The notes beneath the pieces were generated by a model that saw only the letters and a list, made by a program, of their open reading frames with translations, was not told the origin of the DNA and did not search any database. From the human T2T-CHM13v2.0 reference genome, Homo sapiens: a stretch of 64,000 nt of DNA. The stretch lies in the NCBI RefSeq assembly GCF_009914755.1, contig NC_060948.1; one strand, written 5' to 3'. Of the stretch, positions 16,687-36,044 are shown piece after piece; the stretch's first letter is position 1; every line of letters begins with the position of its first letter. The position numbers and the translations under genes are program-made.

Positions 16687-18814
16687 AGATCCGTATTTTT
16701 TAAATGAAAAAAAATTTCAAAGGTACTCTGCTTGGTACAATAATCAAATGTATAAACTGAGGAATAAAACATAACCATGAAACCTACTTATAACTGCATA
16801 TGGAAAATACAGAGGATAATTTTTTAAATAACATATTTTGAAAGCCTTAACTAGTAATTTGAAGAGTTGGCATTTGAAAGGCCAGTATGAATATACCTTC
16901 AAAGCAGCAACACAGGTTCCCCATGTGAAAAAGCAAACACAGGGAAAATAAAAACACAAAGGTTCAATCTCTTCTGACCTTTGAAAGACACAGCACAGAC
17001 AGTGGTCCTTAGGACGAAGAGCAGGAGACCCCTAATTCCGTCACCATGGCGATAGGGCATAAACATTGCTGGGTGAGGGCACAATCCACATTGTGAGGTC
17101 CAACTGCTGCCAGGAAGACAGGAGTGCTTTTACATAGACCGAAAGGTCATTGAAGGCTCAGAGTTTTGTTTCAAGAACTGAATCCCAAGCCCACGCGTTA
17201 TTAGGCTGCGCTTCTTAAAACAAGTTATGAGATGGGAAAAAGGGCACCCACAAACATACGTATACATTATGTATATAATAATATACAGTATCATATATAT
17301 AATATATATAACCTATGTATAATATTGTTTTACATCCTGCATCTTATGTTATATATATTGTATAAAATATAATAATTGATAATATATAAGTTTTATAATT
17401 ATACAATATGACATATAGTATATATTATAATTTATGACATATATAATATATGTTATATATCATATATAGAATATATTATACGGTTAATATACGTATTAAA
17501 TATAAATTATACATTATATATATTATATATAATATATCTGTTATATATAATACCCATTATGCATAATATATATATTATGTCTACGTTATATATAGTATAA
17601 AACAACATATAATAATATATAATTGTATATATAAAATGCGACATAGAATATATATTATATTTTATAACATATGTAATATATATTATATATTATATATAAT
17701 ACGTTGTATGTATAATACCTATATTAAATATATATTATATGACTATGTTATTAATTACATGTCACATGTGTTATATATTATATATTTTACATAGAATATA
17801 CCGGTTACATACAATATATACTATGTTACCTATAATGTATAATTTATTACATGTAAAATAAAGAATGCAATATATTATGTATAATTTATAATATACAATA
17901 TGTGGAATGTGATATATATAACATATAATATATGATATATGATATACAGTATATGATATATAACATACAATATATGATTCCTAATATATATGGTATACAA
18001 TATATATTTTATGATATGTATTCTATATGTTTTATATTCTGTTATATATAACTATTTGAAATTATATATAACTGTATAATATTTTACGTAAATATGTAAT
18101 ATAATATATATAACTATATAATATATTATATATAACTATATATTATGTTATATATACTTTTATAACATAATTTACATAAAATATCATAATATAATATATA
18201 TTATATTATTTCATATTACATAATATATATTACATATCACCCAATATAACTAACATACATAATATTATAATATAGATTATATTGTGTTATATTATATATC
18301 ATATATATCATGTATCATATATTCTATAATATATATTACACATTATATAATATGTATGTTGTCTATTATGTGATATATATAACTCTATATATATTTATAT
18401 TTTTATACATATAACTAGATAAACATGTAATTCTACATATTTTCACTTATAATATGTAGAATTACATAATCATATATAATTATTTATATTCTATAAAAAA
18501 TTTTATCATTATATAAATTATAATATATAAAAATTATAATATGTACTACAAATATATATATTATATATCATATATGATATAGTACCTTTGTTATATTTCA
18601 TAATACATATAAATGTGTATTATGTTATCTATAATTATATAATTTCATATATAAGATGTATAATATGTATCATATATTATATATGTTATGTAATATATAT
18701 AGTATATATAAGATGACACAGGATAAATATTATATACTATGACATATAAAATATATGAGGTTATATGTTACATATAAGGCATAGCACATAACATGTAATA
18801 TATATCATATATAA

Positions 18815-19106
18815 TTTTTTTTTAGACAGAATCTTGTCCTGTTGCACAGGGTGGGGTACAATGGCGCCATCTTTGCTCACTGCAACTTCTGCCTCACAGG
18901 TCCAAGCGATTGTCCTCCCTCAGCCTCCCAGGTAGCTGGGACTACACCACACTGGGACTACACCAGCTGCCACCATGCCTAGCTAATTTTTTGGATTTTT
19001 AGTAGTGACAGCGTTTCACTGTATTGGCCAGGATGGTCTTGATCTCTTCACCTTGTGATCCCCTTGCCTTGGCCTCCAAATTTGCTGGGATTACAGGCCT
19101 GAGCCA
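18815..19106 (-). mobile_element. Alu relic, copy 8
   Basis: Same antisense Alu, one period on. Confidence 0.95.
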
Positions 19107-21211
19107 AGATCCATATTTTTTAAATGAAAAAAAATTTCAAAGGTACTCTGCTTGGTACAATAATCAAATGTATAAACTGAGGAATAAAACATAACCATGA
19201 AACCTACTTATAACTGCATATGGAAAATACAGAGGATAATTTTTTAAATAACATATTTTGAAAGCCTTAACTAGTAATTTGAAGAGTTGGCATTTGAAAG
19301 GCCAGTATGAATATACCTTCAAAGCAGCAACACAGGTTCCCCATGAGAAAAAGCAAACACAGGGAAAATAAAAACACAAAGGTTCAATCTCTTCTGACCT
19401 TTGAAAGACACAGCACAGACAGTGGTCCTTAGGACGAAGAGCAGGAGACCCCTAATTCCGTCACCATGGCGATAGGGCATAAACATTGCTGGGTGAGGGC
19501 ACAATCCACATTGTGAGGTCCAACTGCTGCCAGGAAGACAGGAGTGCTTTTACATAGACCGAAAGGTCATTGAAGGCTCAGAGTTTTGTTTCAAGAACTG
19601 AATCCCAAGCCCACACGTTATTAGGCTGCGCTTCTTAAAACAACTTATGAGATGGGAAAAAGGGCACCCACAAACATACGTATACATTATGTATATAATA
19701 ATATACAGTATCATATATATAATATATATAACCTATGTATAATATTGTTTTACATCCTGCATCTTATGTTCTATATATTGTATAAAATATAATAATTGAT
19801 AATATATAAGTTTTATAATTATACAATATGACATATAGTATATATTATAATTTATGACATATATAATATAAGTTATATGTCATATATAGAATATATTATA
19901 CGGTTAATATACGTATTAAATATAAATTATACATTATATATATTATATATAATATATCTGTTATATAAAATACCCATTATGCATAATATATATATTATGT
20001 CTACGTTATATATAGTATAAAACAACATATAATAATATATAATTGTATATATAAAATGCGACATATAATATATATTATATTTTATAACATATGTAATATA
20101 TATTATATATTATATATAATACGTTGTATGTATAATACCTATATTAAATATATATTATATGACTATGTTATTAATTACATGTCACATGTGTTATATATTA
20201 TATATTTTACATAGAATATACCGGTTACATACAATATATACTATGTTACCTATAATGTATAATTTATTACATGTAAAATAAAGAATGCAATATATTATGT
20301 ATAATTTATAATATACCATATGTGGAATGTGATATATATAACATATAATATATGATATATGATATACAGTATATGATATATAACATACAATATATGATTC
20401 CTAATATATATGGTATACAATATATATTTTATGATATGTATTCTATATGTTTTATATTCTGTTATATATAACTAGTTGAAATTATATATAACTGTATAAT
20501 ATTTTAGGTAAATATGTAATATAATATATATAACTATATAATATATTATATATAACTATATATTATGTTATATATACTTTTATAACATAATTTACATAAA
20601 ATATCATAACGTAATATATATTATATTATTTCATATTACATAATATATATTACATATCACCCAATATAACTAACATACATAATATTATAATATAGATAAT
20701 ATTGTGTTATATTAAGTATCATATATATCATGTATCATATATTCTATAATATATATTACACATTATATAATATGTATGTTGTCTATTATGTGATATATAT
20801 AACTCTATATATAATTATATTTTTATACATATAACTAGATAAACATGTAATTCTACATATTTTCATTTATAATATGTAGAATTATATAATCATATATAAT
20901 TATTTATATTCTATAAAAAATTTTATCATTATATAAATTATAATATATAAAAATTATAATATGTACTACAAATATATATATTATATATCATATATGATAT
21001 AGTACCTTTGTTATATATCATAATACATATAAATGTGTATTATGTTATCTATAATTCTATAATTTCATATATAAGATGTATAATATGTATCATATATTAT
21101 ATATGTTATGTAATATATATAGTATATATAAGATGACACAGGATAAATATTATATACTATGACATATAAAATATATGAGGTTATATGTTACATATAAGGC
21201 ATAGCACATAA

Positions 21212-21526
<315 letters not shown>

Positions 21527-23631
21527 AGATCCATATTTTTTAAATGAAAAAAAATTTCAAAGGTACTCTGCTTGGTACAATAATCAAATGTATAAACTGA
21601 GGAATAAAACATAACCATGAAACCTACTTATAACTGCATATGGAAAATACAGAGGATAATTTTTTAAATAACATATTTTGAAAGCCTTAACTAGTAATTT
21701 GAAGAGTTGGCATTTGAAAGGCCAGTATGAATATACCTTCAAAGCAGCAACACAGGTTCCCCATGAGAAAAAGCAAACACAGGGAAAATAAAAACACAAA
21801 GGTTCAATCTCTTCTGACCTTTGAAAGACACAGCACAGACAGTGGTCCTTAGGACGAAGAGCAGGAGACCCCTAATTCCGTCACCATGGCGATAGGGCAT
21901 AAACATTGCTGGGTGAGGGCACAATCCACATTGTGAGGTCCAACTGCTGCCAGGAAGACAGTAGTGCTTTTACATAGACCGAAAGGTCATTGAAGGCTTA
22001 GAGTTTTGTTTCAAGAACTGAATCCAAAGCCCACAAGTTATTAGGCTGCGCTTCTTAAAACAAGTTATGAGATGGGAGAAAGGGCACCCACAAACATACG
22101 TATACATTATGTATATAATAATATACAGTATCATTTATATAATATATATAACCTATGTATAATATTGTTTTACATCCTGCATCTTATGTTATATATATTG
22201 TATAAAATATAATAATTGATAATATATAAGTTTTATATTTATACAATATGACATATAGTATATATTATAATTTATGACATATATAATATATGTTATATAT
22301 CATATATAGAATATATTATACGGTTAATATACGTATTAAATATAAATTATACATTATATATATTATATATAATATATCTGTTATATATAATACCCATCAT
22401 GCATAATATATATATTATGTCTATGTTATATATAGTATAAAACAACATATAATAATATATAATTGTATATATAAAATGCGACATATAATATATATTATAT
22501 TTTATAACATATGTAATATATATTATATATTATATATAATACGTTGTATGTATAATACCTATATTAAATATATATTATATGACTATGTTATTAATTACAT
22601 GTCACATGTGTTATATATTATATATTTTACATAGAATATACCGGTTACATACAATATATACTATGTTACCTATAATGTATAATTTATTACATGTAAAATA
22701 AAGAATGCAATATATTATGTATAATTTATAATATACCATATGTGGAATGTGATATATATAACATATAATATATGATATATGATATACAGTATATGATATA
22801 TAACATACAATATATGATTCCTAATATATATGGTATACAATATATATTTTATGATATGTATTCTATATGTTTTATATTCTGTGATATATAACTAGTTGAA
22901 ATTATATATAACTGTATAATATTTTATGTAAATATGTAATATAATATATATAACTATATAATATATTATATATAACTATATATTATGTTATATATACTTT
23001 TATAACATAATTTACATAAAATATCATAATATAATATATATTATATTATTTCATATTACATAATATATATTACATATCACCCAATATAACTAACATACAT
23101 AATATTATAATATAGATTATATTATGTTATATTAAATATCATATATATCATGTATCATATATTCTATAATATATATTACACATTATATAATATGTATGTT
23201 GCCTATTATGTGATATATATAACTATATATATAATTATATTTTTATACATATAACTAGATAAACATGTAATTCTACATATTTTCATTTATAATATGTAGA
23301 ATTATATAGTCATATATAATTATTTATATTCTATAAAAAATTTTATCATTATATAAATTATAATATATAAAAATTATAATATGTACTACAAATATATATA
23401 TTATATATCATATATGCTATAGTACCTTTGTTATATATCATAATACATATAAATGTGTATTATGTTATCTATAATTATATAATTTCATATATAACTTGTA
23501 TAATATGTATCATATATTATATATGTTATGTAATATATATAGTATATATAAGATGACACAGGATAAATATTATATACTATGACATATAAAATATATGAGG
23601 TTATATGTTACATATAAGGCATAGCACATAA

Positions 23632-23946
<315 letters not shown>

Positions 23947-26074
23947 AGATCCATATTTTTTAAATGAAAAAAAATTTCAAAGGTACTCTGCTTGGTACAA
24001 TAATCAAATGTATAAACTGAGGAATAAAACATAACCATGAAACCTACTTATAACTGCATATGGAAAATACAGAGGATAATTTTTTAAATAACATATTTTG
24101 AAAGCCTTAACTAGTAATTTGAAGAGCTGGCATTTGAAAGGCCTGTATGAATATACCTTCAAAGCAGCAACACAGGTTCCCCATGAGAAAAAGCAAACAC
24201 AGGGAAAATAAAAACACAAAGGTTCAATCTCTTCTGACCTTTGAAAGACACAGCACAGACAGTGGTCCTTAGGACGAAGAGCAGGAGACCCCTAATTCCG
24301 TCACCATGGCGATAGGGCATAAACATTGCTGGGTGAGGGCACAATCCACATTGTGAGGTCCAACTGCTGCCAGGAAGACAGGAGTGCTTTTACATAGACC
24401 GAAAGGTCATTGAAGGCTCAGAGTTTTGTTTCAAGAACCGAATCCCAAGCCCACACGTTATTAGGCTGCGCTTCTTAAAACAAGTTATGAGATGGGAAAA
24501 AGGGCACCCACAAACATACGTATACATTATGTATATAATAATATACAGTATCATATATATAATATATATAACCTATGTATAATATTGTTTTACATCCTGC
24601 ATCTTATGTTATATATATTGTATAAAATATAATAATTGATAATATATAAGTTTTATAATTATACAATATGACATATAGTATATATTATAATTTATGACAT
24701 ATATAATATATGTTATATATCATATATAGAATATATTATACGGTTAATATACGTATTAAATATAAATTATACATTATATATATTATATATAATATATCTG
24801 TTATATATAATACCCATTATGCATAATATATATATTATGTCTATGTTATATATAGTATAAAACAACATATAATAATATATAATTGTATATATAAAATGCG
24901 ACATATAATATATATTATATTTTATAACATATGTAATATATATTATATATTATATATAATACGTTGTATGTATAATACCTATATTAAATATATATTATAT
25001 GACTATGTTATTAATTACATGTCACATGTGTTATATATTATATATTTTACATAGAATATACCGGTTACATACAATATATACTATGTTACCTATAATGTAT
25101 AATTTATTACATGTAAAATAAAGAATGCAATATATTATGTATAATTTATAATATACAATATGTGGAATGTGATATATATAACATATAATATATGATATAT
25201 GATATACAGTATATGATATATAACATACAATATATGATTCCTAATATATATGGTATACAATACATATTTTATGATATGTATTCTATATGTTTTATATTCT
25301 GTTATATATAACTATTTGAAATTATATATAACTGTATAATATTTTATGTAAATATGTAATATAATATATATAACTATATAATATATTATATATAACTATA
25401 TATTATGTTATATATACTTTTATAACATAATTTACATAAAATATCATAATATAATATATATTATATTATTTCATATTACATAATATATATTTCATATCAC
25501 CCAATATAACTAACATACATAATATTATAATATAGATTATATTATCTTATATTAAATATCATATATATCATGTATCATATATTCTATAATATATATTACA
25601 CATTATATAATATGTATGTTGTCTAATATGTGATATATATAACAATATATATAATTATATTTTTATACATATAACTAGATAAACATGTAATTCTACATAT
25701 TTTCATTTATAATATGTAGAAGTATATAATCATATATAATTATTTATATTCTATAAAAAATTTTATCATTATATAAATTATAATATATAAAAATTATAAT
25801 ATGTACTACAAATATATATATTATATATCATATATGATATAGTACCTTTGTTATATATCATAATACATATAAATGTGTATTATGTTATCTATAATTCTAT
25901 AATTTCATATATAAGATGTATAATATGTATCATATATTATATATGTTATGTAATATATATAGTATATATAAGATGACACAGGATAAATATTATATACTAT
26001 GACATATAAAATATGTGAGGTTATATGTTACATATAAGGCATAGCACATAACATGTAATATATATCATATATAA

Positions 26075-26366
26075 TTTTTTTTTAGACTGAATCTTGTCCT
26101 GTTGCACAGGGTGGGGTACAATGGCGCCATCTTTGCTCACTGCAACTTCTGCCTCACGGGTCCAAGCGATTGTCCTCCCTCAGCCTCCCAGGTAGCTGGG
26201 ACTACACCACACTGGGACTACACCAGCTGCCACCATGCCTAGCTAATTATTTGGATTTTTAGTAGTGACAGCGTTTCACTGTATTGGCCAGGATGGTCTT
26301 GATCTCTTCACCTTGTGATCCCCTTGCCTTGGCCTCCAAATTTGCTGGGATTACAGGCCTGAGCCA
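26075..26366 (-). mobile_element. Alu relic, copy 11
   Basis: Same antisense Alu, one period on. Confidence 0.95.
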
Positions 26367-28469
26367 AGATCCATATTTTTTAAATGAAAAAAAATTTCAA
26401 AGGTACTCTGCTTGGTACAATAATCAAATGTATAAACTGAGGAATAAAACATAACCATGAAACCTACTTATAACTGCATATGGAAAATACAGAGGATAAT
26501 TTTTTAAATAACATATTTTGAAAGCCTTAACTAGTAATTTGAAGAGCTGGCATTTGAAAGGCCAGTATGAATATACCTTCAAAGCAGCAACACAGGTTCC
26601 CCATGAGAAAAAGCAAACACAGGGAAAATAAAAACACAAAGGTTCAATCTCTTCTGACCTTTGAAAGACACAGCACAGACAGTGGTCCTTAGGACGAAGA
26701 GCAGGAGACCCCTAATTCCGTCACCATGGCGATAGGGCATAAACATTGCTGGGTGAGGGCACAATCCACATTGTGAGGTCCAACTGCTGCCAGGAAGACA
26801 GGAGTGCTTTTACATAGACCAAAAGGTCATTGAAGGCTCAGAGTTTTGTTTCAAGAACTGAATCCCAAGCCCACACGATATTAGGCTGCGCTTCTTAAAA
26901 CAAGTTATGAGATGGGAAAAAGGGCACCCACAAACATACGTATACATTATGTATATAATAATATACAGTATCATATATATAATATATATAACCTATGTAT
27001 AATATTGTTTTACATCCTGCATCTTATGTTATATATATTGTATAAAATATAATAATTGATAATATATAATTTTTATAATTATACAATATGACATATAGTA
27101 TATATTATAATTTATGACATATATAATATATGTTATATATCATATATAGAATATATTATACGGTTAATATACGTATTAAATATAAATTATACATTATATA
27201 TATTATATATAATATATCTGTTATATATAATACCAATTATGCATAATATATATATTATGTCTATGATATATATAGTATAAAACAACATATAATTATATAT
27301 AATTGTATATATAAAATGCGACATATAATATATATTATATTTTATAACATATGTAATATATATTATATATTATATATAATACGTTGTATGTATAATACCT
27401 ACATTAAATATATATTATATGACTATGTTATTAATTGCATGTCACATGTGTTATATATTACATATTTTACATAGAATATACCGGTTACATACAATATATA
27501 CTATGTTACCTATAATGTATAATTTATTACATGTAAAATAAAGAATGCAATATATTATGTATAATTTATAATATACCATATGTGGAAGGTGATATATGTA
27601 ACATATAATATATGATATATGATATACAGTATATGATATATAACATACATTATATGATTCCTAATATATATGGTATACAATATATATTTTATGATATGTA
27701 TTCTATATGTTTTATATTCTGTTATGTATAACTAGTTGAAATTATATATAACTGTATAATATTTTATGTAAATATGTAATATAATATATAACTATATAAT
27801 ATATTATATATAACTATATATTATGTTATATATACTTTTATAACATAATTTACATAAAATATCATAATATAATATATATTATATTATTTCATATTACATA
27901 ATATATATTACATATCACCCAATATAACTAACATACATAATATTATAATATAGATTATATTATGTTATATTAAATATCATATATATCATGTATCATATAT
28001 TCTATAATATATATTACACATTATATAATATGTATGTTGTCTATTATGTGATATATATAACTATATATATAATTATATTTTTATACATATAACTAGATAA
28101 ACATGTAATTCTACATATTTTCATTTAAAATATGTAGAATTATATAATCATATATAATTATTTATATTCTATAAAAAATTTTATCATTATATAAATTATA
28201 ATATATAAAAATTATAATATGTACTACAAATATATATATTATATATCATATATGCTGTAGTACCTTTGTTATATATCATAATACATATAAATGTGTATTA
28301 TGTTATCTATAATTATATAATTTCATATATAAGTTGTATAATATGTATCATATATTATATATGTTATGTAATATATATAGTATATATAAGATGACACAGG
28401 ATAAATATTATATACTATGACATATAAAATATATGAGGTTATATGTTACATATAAGGCATAGCACATAA

Positions 28470-28784
<315 letters not shown>

Positions 28785-30889
28785 AGATCCATATTTTTTA
28801 AATGAAAAAAAATTTCAAAGGTACTCTGCTTGGTACAATAATCAAATGTATAAACTGAGGAATAAAACATAACCATGAAACCTACTTATAACTTCATATG
28901 GAAAATACAGAGGATAATTTTTTAAATAACATATTTTGAAAGCCTTAACTAGTAATTTGAAGAGTTGGCATTTGAAAGGCCAGTATGAATATACCTTCAA
29001 AGCAGCAACACAGGTTCCCCATGAGAAAAAGCAAACACAGGGAAAATAAAAACACAAAGGTTCAATCTCTTCTGACCTTTGAAAGACACAGCACAGACAG
29101 TGGTCCTTAGGACGAAGAGCAGGAGACCCCTAATTCCGTCACCATGGCGATAGGGCAGAAACATTGCTGGGTGAGGGCACAGTCCACATTGTGAGGTCCA
29201 ACTGCTGCCAGGAAGACAGGAGTGCTTTTACATAGACCGAAAGGTCATTGAAGGCTCAGAGTTTTGTTTCAAGAACTGAATCCCAAACCCACACGTTATT
29301 AGGCTGCGCTTCTTAAAACAAGTTATGAGATGGGAAAAAGGGCACCCACAAACATACGTATACATTATGTATATAATAATATACAGTATCATATATATAA
29401 TATATATAACCTATGTATAATATTGTTTTACATCCTGCATCTTATGTTATATATATTGTATAAAATATAATAATTGATAATATATAAGTTTTATAATTAT
29501 ACAATATGACATATAGTATATATTATAATTTATGACATATATAATATATGTTATATGTCATATATAGAATATATTATACGGTTAATATACGTATTAAATA
29601 TAAATTATACATTATATATATTATATATAATATATCTGTTATATATAATACCCATTATGCATAATATATATATTATGTCTATGTTATATATAGTATAAAA
29701 CAACATATAATAATATATAATTGTATATATAAAATGCGACATATAATATATATTATATTTTATAACATATGTAATATATATTATATATTATATATAATAC
29801 GTTGTATGTATAATACCTATATTAAATACATATTATATGACTATGTTATTAATTACATGTCACATGTGTTATATATTATATATTTTACATAGAATATACC
29901 GGTTACATACAATATATACTATGTTACCTATAATGTATAATTTATTACATGTAAAATAAAGAATGCAATATATTATGTAAAATTTATAATATACCATATG
30001 TGGAATGTGATATATATAACATATAATATATGATATATGATATACAGTATATGATATATAACATACAATATATGATTCCTAATATATATGGTATACAATA
30101 TATATTTTATGATATGTATTCTATATGTTTTATATTCTGTTATATATAACTATTTGAAATTATATATAACTGTATAATATTTTATGTAAATATGTAATAT
30201 AATATATATAACTATATAATATATGATATATAACTATATATTATGTTATATATACTTTTATAACATAATTTACATAAAATATCATAATATAATATATATT
30301 ATATTATTTCATATTACATAATATATATTACATATCACCCAATATAACTAACATACATAATATTATAATATAGATTATATTATGTTATATTAAATATCAT
30401 ATATATCATGTATCATATATTCTATAATATATATTACACATTATATAATATGTATGTTGTCTATTATGTGATATATATAACTATATATATAATTATATTT
30501 TTATACATATAACTAGATAAACATGTAATTCTACATATTTTCATTTATAATATGTAGAATTATATAATCATATATAATTATTTATATTCTATAAAAAATT
30601 TTATCATTATATAAATTATAATATATAAAAATTATAATATGTACTACAAATATATATATTATATATCATATATGATATAGTACCTTTGTTATATATCATA
30701 ATACATAAAAATGTGTATTATGTTATCTATAATTATATAATTTCATATATAAGATGTATAATATGTATCATATATTATATATGTTATGTAATATATATAG
30801 TATATATAAGATGACACAGGATAAATATTATATACTATGACATATAAAATATATCAGGTTATATGTTACATATAAGGCATAGCACATAA

Positions 30890-31204
<315 letters not shown>

Positions 31205-33332
31205 AGATCCATATTTTTTAAATGAAAAAAAATTTCAAAGGTACTCTGCTTGGTACAATAATCAAATGTATAAACTGAGGAATAAAACATAACCGTGAAA
31301 CCTACTTATAACTGCATATGGAAAATACAGAGGATAATTTTTTAAATAACATATTTTGAAAGCCTTAACTAGTAATTTGAAGAGTTGGCATTTGAAAGGC
31401 CAGTATGAATATACCTTCAAAGCAGCAACACAGGTTCCCCATGAGAAAAAGCAAACACAGGGAAAATAAAAACACAAAGGTTCAATCTCTTCTGACCTTT
31501 GAAAGACACAGCACAGACAGTGGTCCTTAGGACGAAGAGCAGGAGACCCCTAATTCCGTCACCATGGCGATAGGGCATAAACATTGCTGGGTGAGGGCAC
31601 AATCCACATTGTGAGGTCCAACTGCTGCCAGGAAGACAGGAGTGCTTTTACACAGACCGAAAGGTCATTGAAGGCTCAGAGTTTTGTTTCAAGAACTGAA
31701 TCCCAAGCCCACACGTTATTAGGCTGCGCTTCTTAAAACAAGTTATGAGATGGGAAAAAGGGCACCCACAAACATACGTATACATTATGTATATAATAAT
31801 ATACAGTATCATATATATAATATATATAACCTATGTATAATATTGTTTTACATCCTGCATCTTATGTTATATATATTGTATAAAATATAATAATTGATAA
31901 TATATAAGTTTTATAAATATACAATATGACATATAGTATATATTATAATTTATGACATATATAATATATGTTATATGTCATATATAGAATATATTATACG
32001 GTTAATATACGTATTAAATATAAATTATACATTATATATATTATATATAATATATCTGTTATATATAATACCCATTATGCATAATATATATATTATGTCT
32101 ATGTTATATATAGTATAAAACAACATATAATAATATATAATTGTATATATAAAATGCGACATATAATATATATTATATTTTATAACATATGTAATATATA
32201 TTATATATTATATATAATACGTTGTATGTAAAATACCTATATTAAATATATATTATATGACTATGTTATTAATTACATGTCACATGTGTTATATATTATA
32301 TATTTTACATAGAATATACCGGTTACATACAACATATACTATGTTACCTATAATGTATAATTTATTACATGTAAAATAAAGAATGCAATATATTATGTAT
32401 AATTTATAATATACCATATGTGGAATGTGATATATATATCATATAATATATGATATATGATAGACAGTATATGATATATAACATACAATATATGATTCCT
32501 AATATATATGGTATACAATATATATTTTATGATATGTATTCTATATGTTTTATATTCTGTTATATATAACTATTTGAAATTATATATAACTGTATAATAT
32601 TTTATGTAAATATGTAATATAATATATATAACTATATAATATATTATATATAACTATATATTATGTTATATATACTTTTATAACATAATTTACATAAAAT
32701 AACATAATATAATATATATTATATTATTTCATATTACATAATATATATTACATATCACCCAGTATAACTAACATACATAATATTATAATATAGATTATAT
32801 TATGTTATATTAAATATCATATAAATCATGTATCATATATTCTATAATATATATTACACATTATATAATATGTATGTTGTCTATTATGTGATATATATAA
32901 CTATATATATAATTATATTTTTATACATATAACTAGATAAACATGTAATTCTACATATTTTCATTTATAATATGTAGAATTATATAATCATATATAATTA
33001 TTTATATTCTATAAAAAATTTTATCATTACATAAATTATAATATTTAAAAATTATAATATGTACTACAAATATATATATTATATATCATATATGATATAG
33101 TACCTTTGTTATATATCATAATACATATAAATGTGTATTATGTTATCTATAATTATATAATTTCATATATAAGATGTATAATATGTATCATATATTATAT
33201 ATGTTATGTAATATATATAGTATATATAAGATGACACAGGATAAATATTATATACTATGACATATTAAATATATGAGGTTATATGTTACATATAAGGCAT
33301 AGCACATAACATGTAATATATATCATATATAA

Positions 33333-33624
33333 TTTTTTTTTAGACAGAATCTTGTCCTGTTGCACACGGTGGGGTACAATGGCGCCAACTTTGCTCACTG
33401 CAACTTCTGCCTCACGGGTCCAAGCGATTGTCCTCCCTCAGCCTCCCAGGTAGCTGGGACTACACCACACTGGGACTACACCAGCTGCCACCATGCCTAG
33501 CTAATTTTTTGGATATTTAGTAGTGACAGCGTTTCACTGTATTGGCCAGGATGGTCTTGATCTCTTCACCTTGTGATCCCCTTGCCTTGGCCTCCAAATT
33601 TGCTGGGATTACAGGCCTGAGCCA
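33333..33624 (-). mobile_element. Alu relic, copy 14
   Basis: Same antisense Alu, one period on. Confidence 0.95.
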
Positions 33625-35729
33625 AGATCCATATTTTTTAAATGAAAAAAAATTTCAAAGGTACTCTGCTTGGTACAATAATCAAATGTATAAACTGAGG
33701 AATAAAACATAACCATGAAACCTACTTATAACTGCATATGGAAAATACAGAGGATAATTTTTTAAATAACATATTTTGAAAGCCTTAACTAGTAATTTGA
33801 AGAGTTGGCATTTGAAAGGCCAGTATGAATATACCTTCAAAGTAGCAACACAGGTTCCCCATGAGAAAAAGCAAACACAGGGAAAATAAAAACACAAAGG
33901 TTCAATCTCTTCTGACCTTTGAAAGACACAGCACAGACAGTGGTCCTTAGGACGAAGAGCAGGAGACCCCTAATTCCGTCACCATGGCGATAGGGCATAA
34001 ACATTGCTGGGTGAGGGCACAATCCACATTGTGAGGTCCAACTGCTGCCAGGAAGACAGGAGTGCTTTTACATAGACCGAAAGGTCATTGAAGGCTCAGA
34101 GTTTTGTTTCAAGAACTGAATCCCAAGCCCACACGTTATTAGGCTGCGCTTCTTAAAACAAGTTATGAGATGGGAAAAAGGGCACCCACAAACATACGTA
34201 TACATTATGTATATAATAATATACAGTATCATATATATAATATATATAAACTATGTATAATATTGTTTTACATCCTGCATCTTATGTTATATATATTGTA
34301 TAAAATATAATAATTGATAATATATAAGTTTTATAATTATACAATATGACATATAGTATATATTATAATTTATGACATATATAATATATGTTATATATCA
34401 TATATAGAATATATTATACGGTTAATATACGTATTAAATATAAATTATACATTATATATATTATATATAATATATCTGTTATATATAATACACATTATGC
34501 ATAATATATATATTATGTCTATGTTATATATAGTATAAAACAACATATAATAATATATAATTGTATATATAAAATGCGACATATAATATATATTATATTT
34601 TATAACATATGTAATATATATTATATATTATATATAATACGTTGTATGTATAATACCTATATTAAATATATATTATATGACTATGTTATTAATTACATGT
34701 CACATGTGTTATATATTATATATTTTACATAGAATATACCGGTAACATACAATATATACTATGTTACCTATAATGTATAATTTAATACATGTAAAATAAA
34801 GAATGCAATATATTATGTATAATTTATAATATACAATATGTGGAATGTGATATATATAACATATAATATATGATATATGATATACAGTATATGATATATA
34901 ACATACAATATATGATTCCTAATATATATGGTATACAATATATATTTTATGATATGTATTCTATATGTTTTATATTCTGTTATATATAACTATTTGAAAT
35001 TATATATAACTGTATAATATTTTATGTAAATATGTAATATAACATATATAACTATATAATATATTATATATAACTATATATTATGTTATATATACTTTTA
35101 TAACATAATTTACATAAAATATCATAATATAATATATCTTATATTATTTCATATTACATAATATATATTACATATCACCCAATATAACTAACATACATAA
35201 TATTATAATATAGATTATATTGTGTTATATTACATATCATATATATCATGTATCATATATTCTATAATATATATTACACAGTATATAATATGTGTGTTGT
35301 CTATTATGTGATATATATAACTATATATATAATTATATTTTTATACATATAACTAGATAAACATGTAATTCTACATATTTTCACTTATATTATGTAGAAT
35401 TATATAATCATATATAATTATTTATATTCTATAAAAAATTTTATCATTATATAAATTATAATATATAAAAATTATAATATGTACTACAAATATATATATT
35501 ATATATCATATATGATATAGTACCTTTGTTATATATCATAATACATATAAATGTGTATTATGTTATCTATAATTATATAATTTCATATATAAGATGTATA
35601 ATATGTATCATATATTATATATGTTATGTAATATATATAGTATATATAAGATGACACAGGATAAATATTATATACTATGACATATAAAATATATGAGGTT
35701 ATATGTTACATATAAGGCATAGCACATAA

Positions 35730-36044
<315 letters not shown>
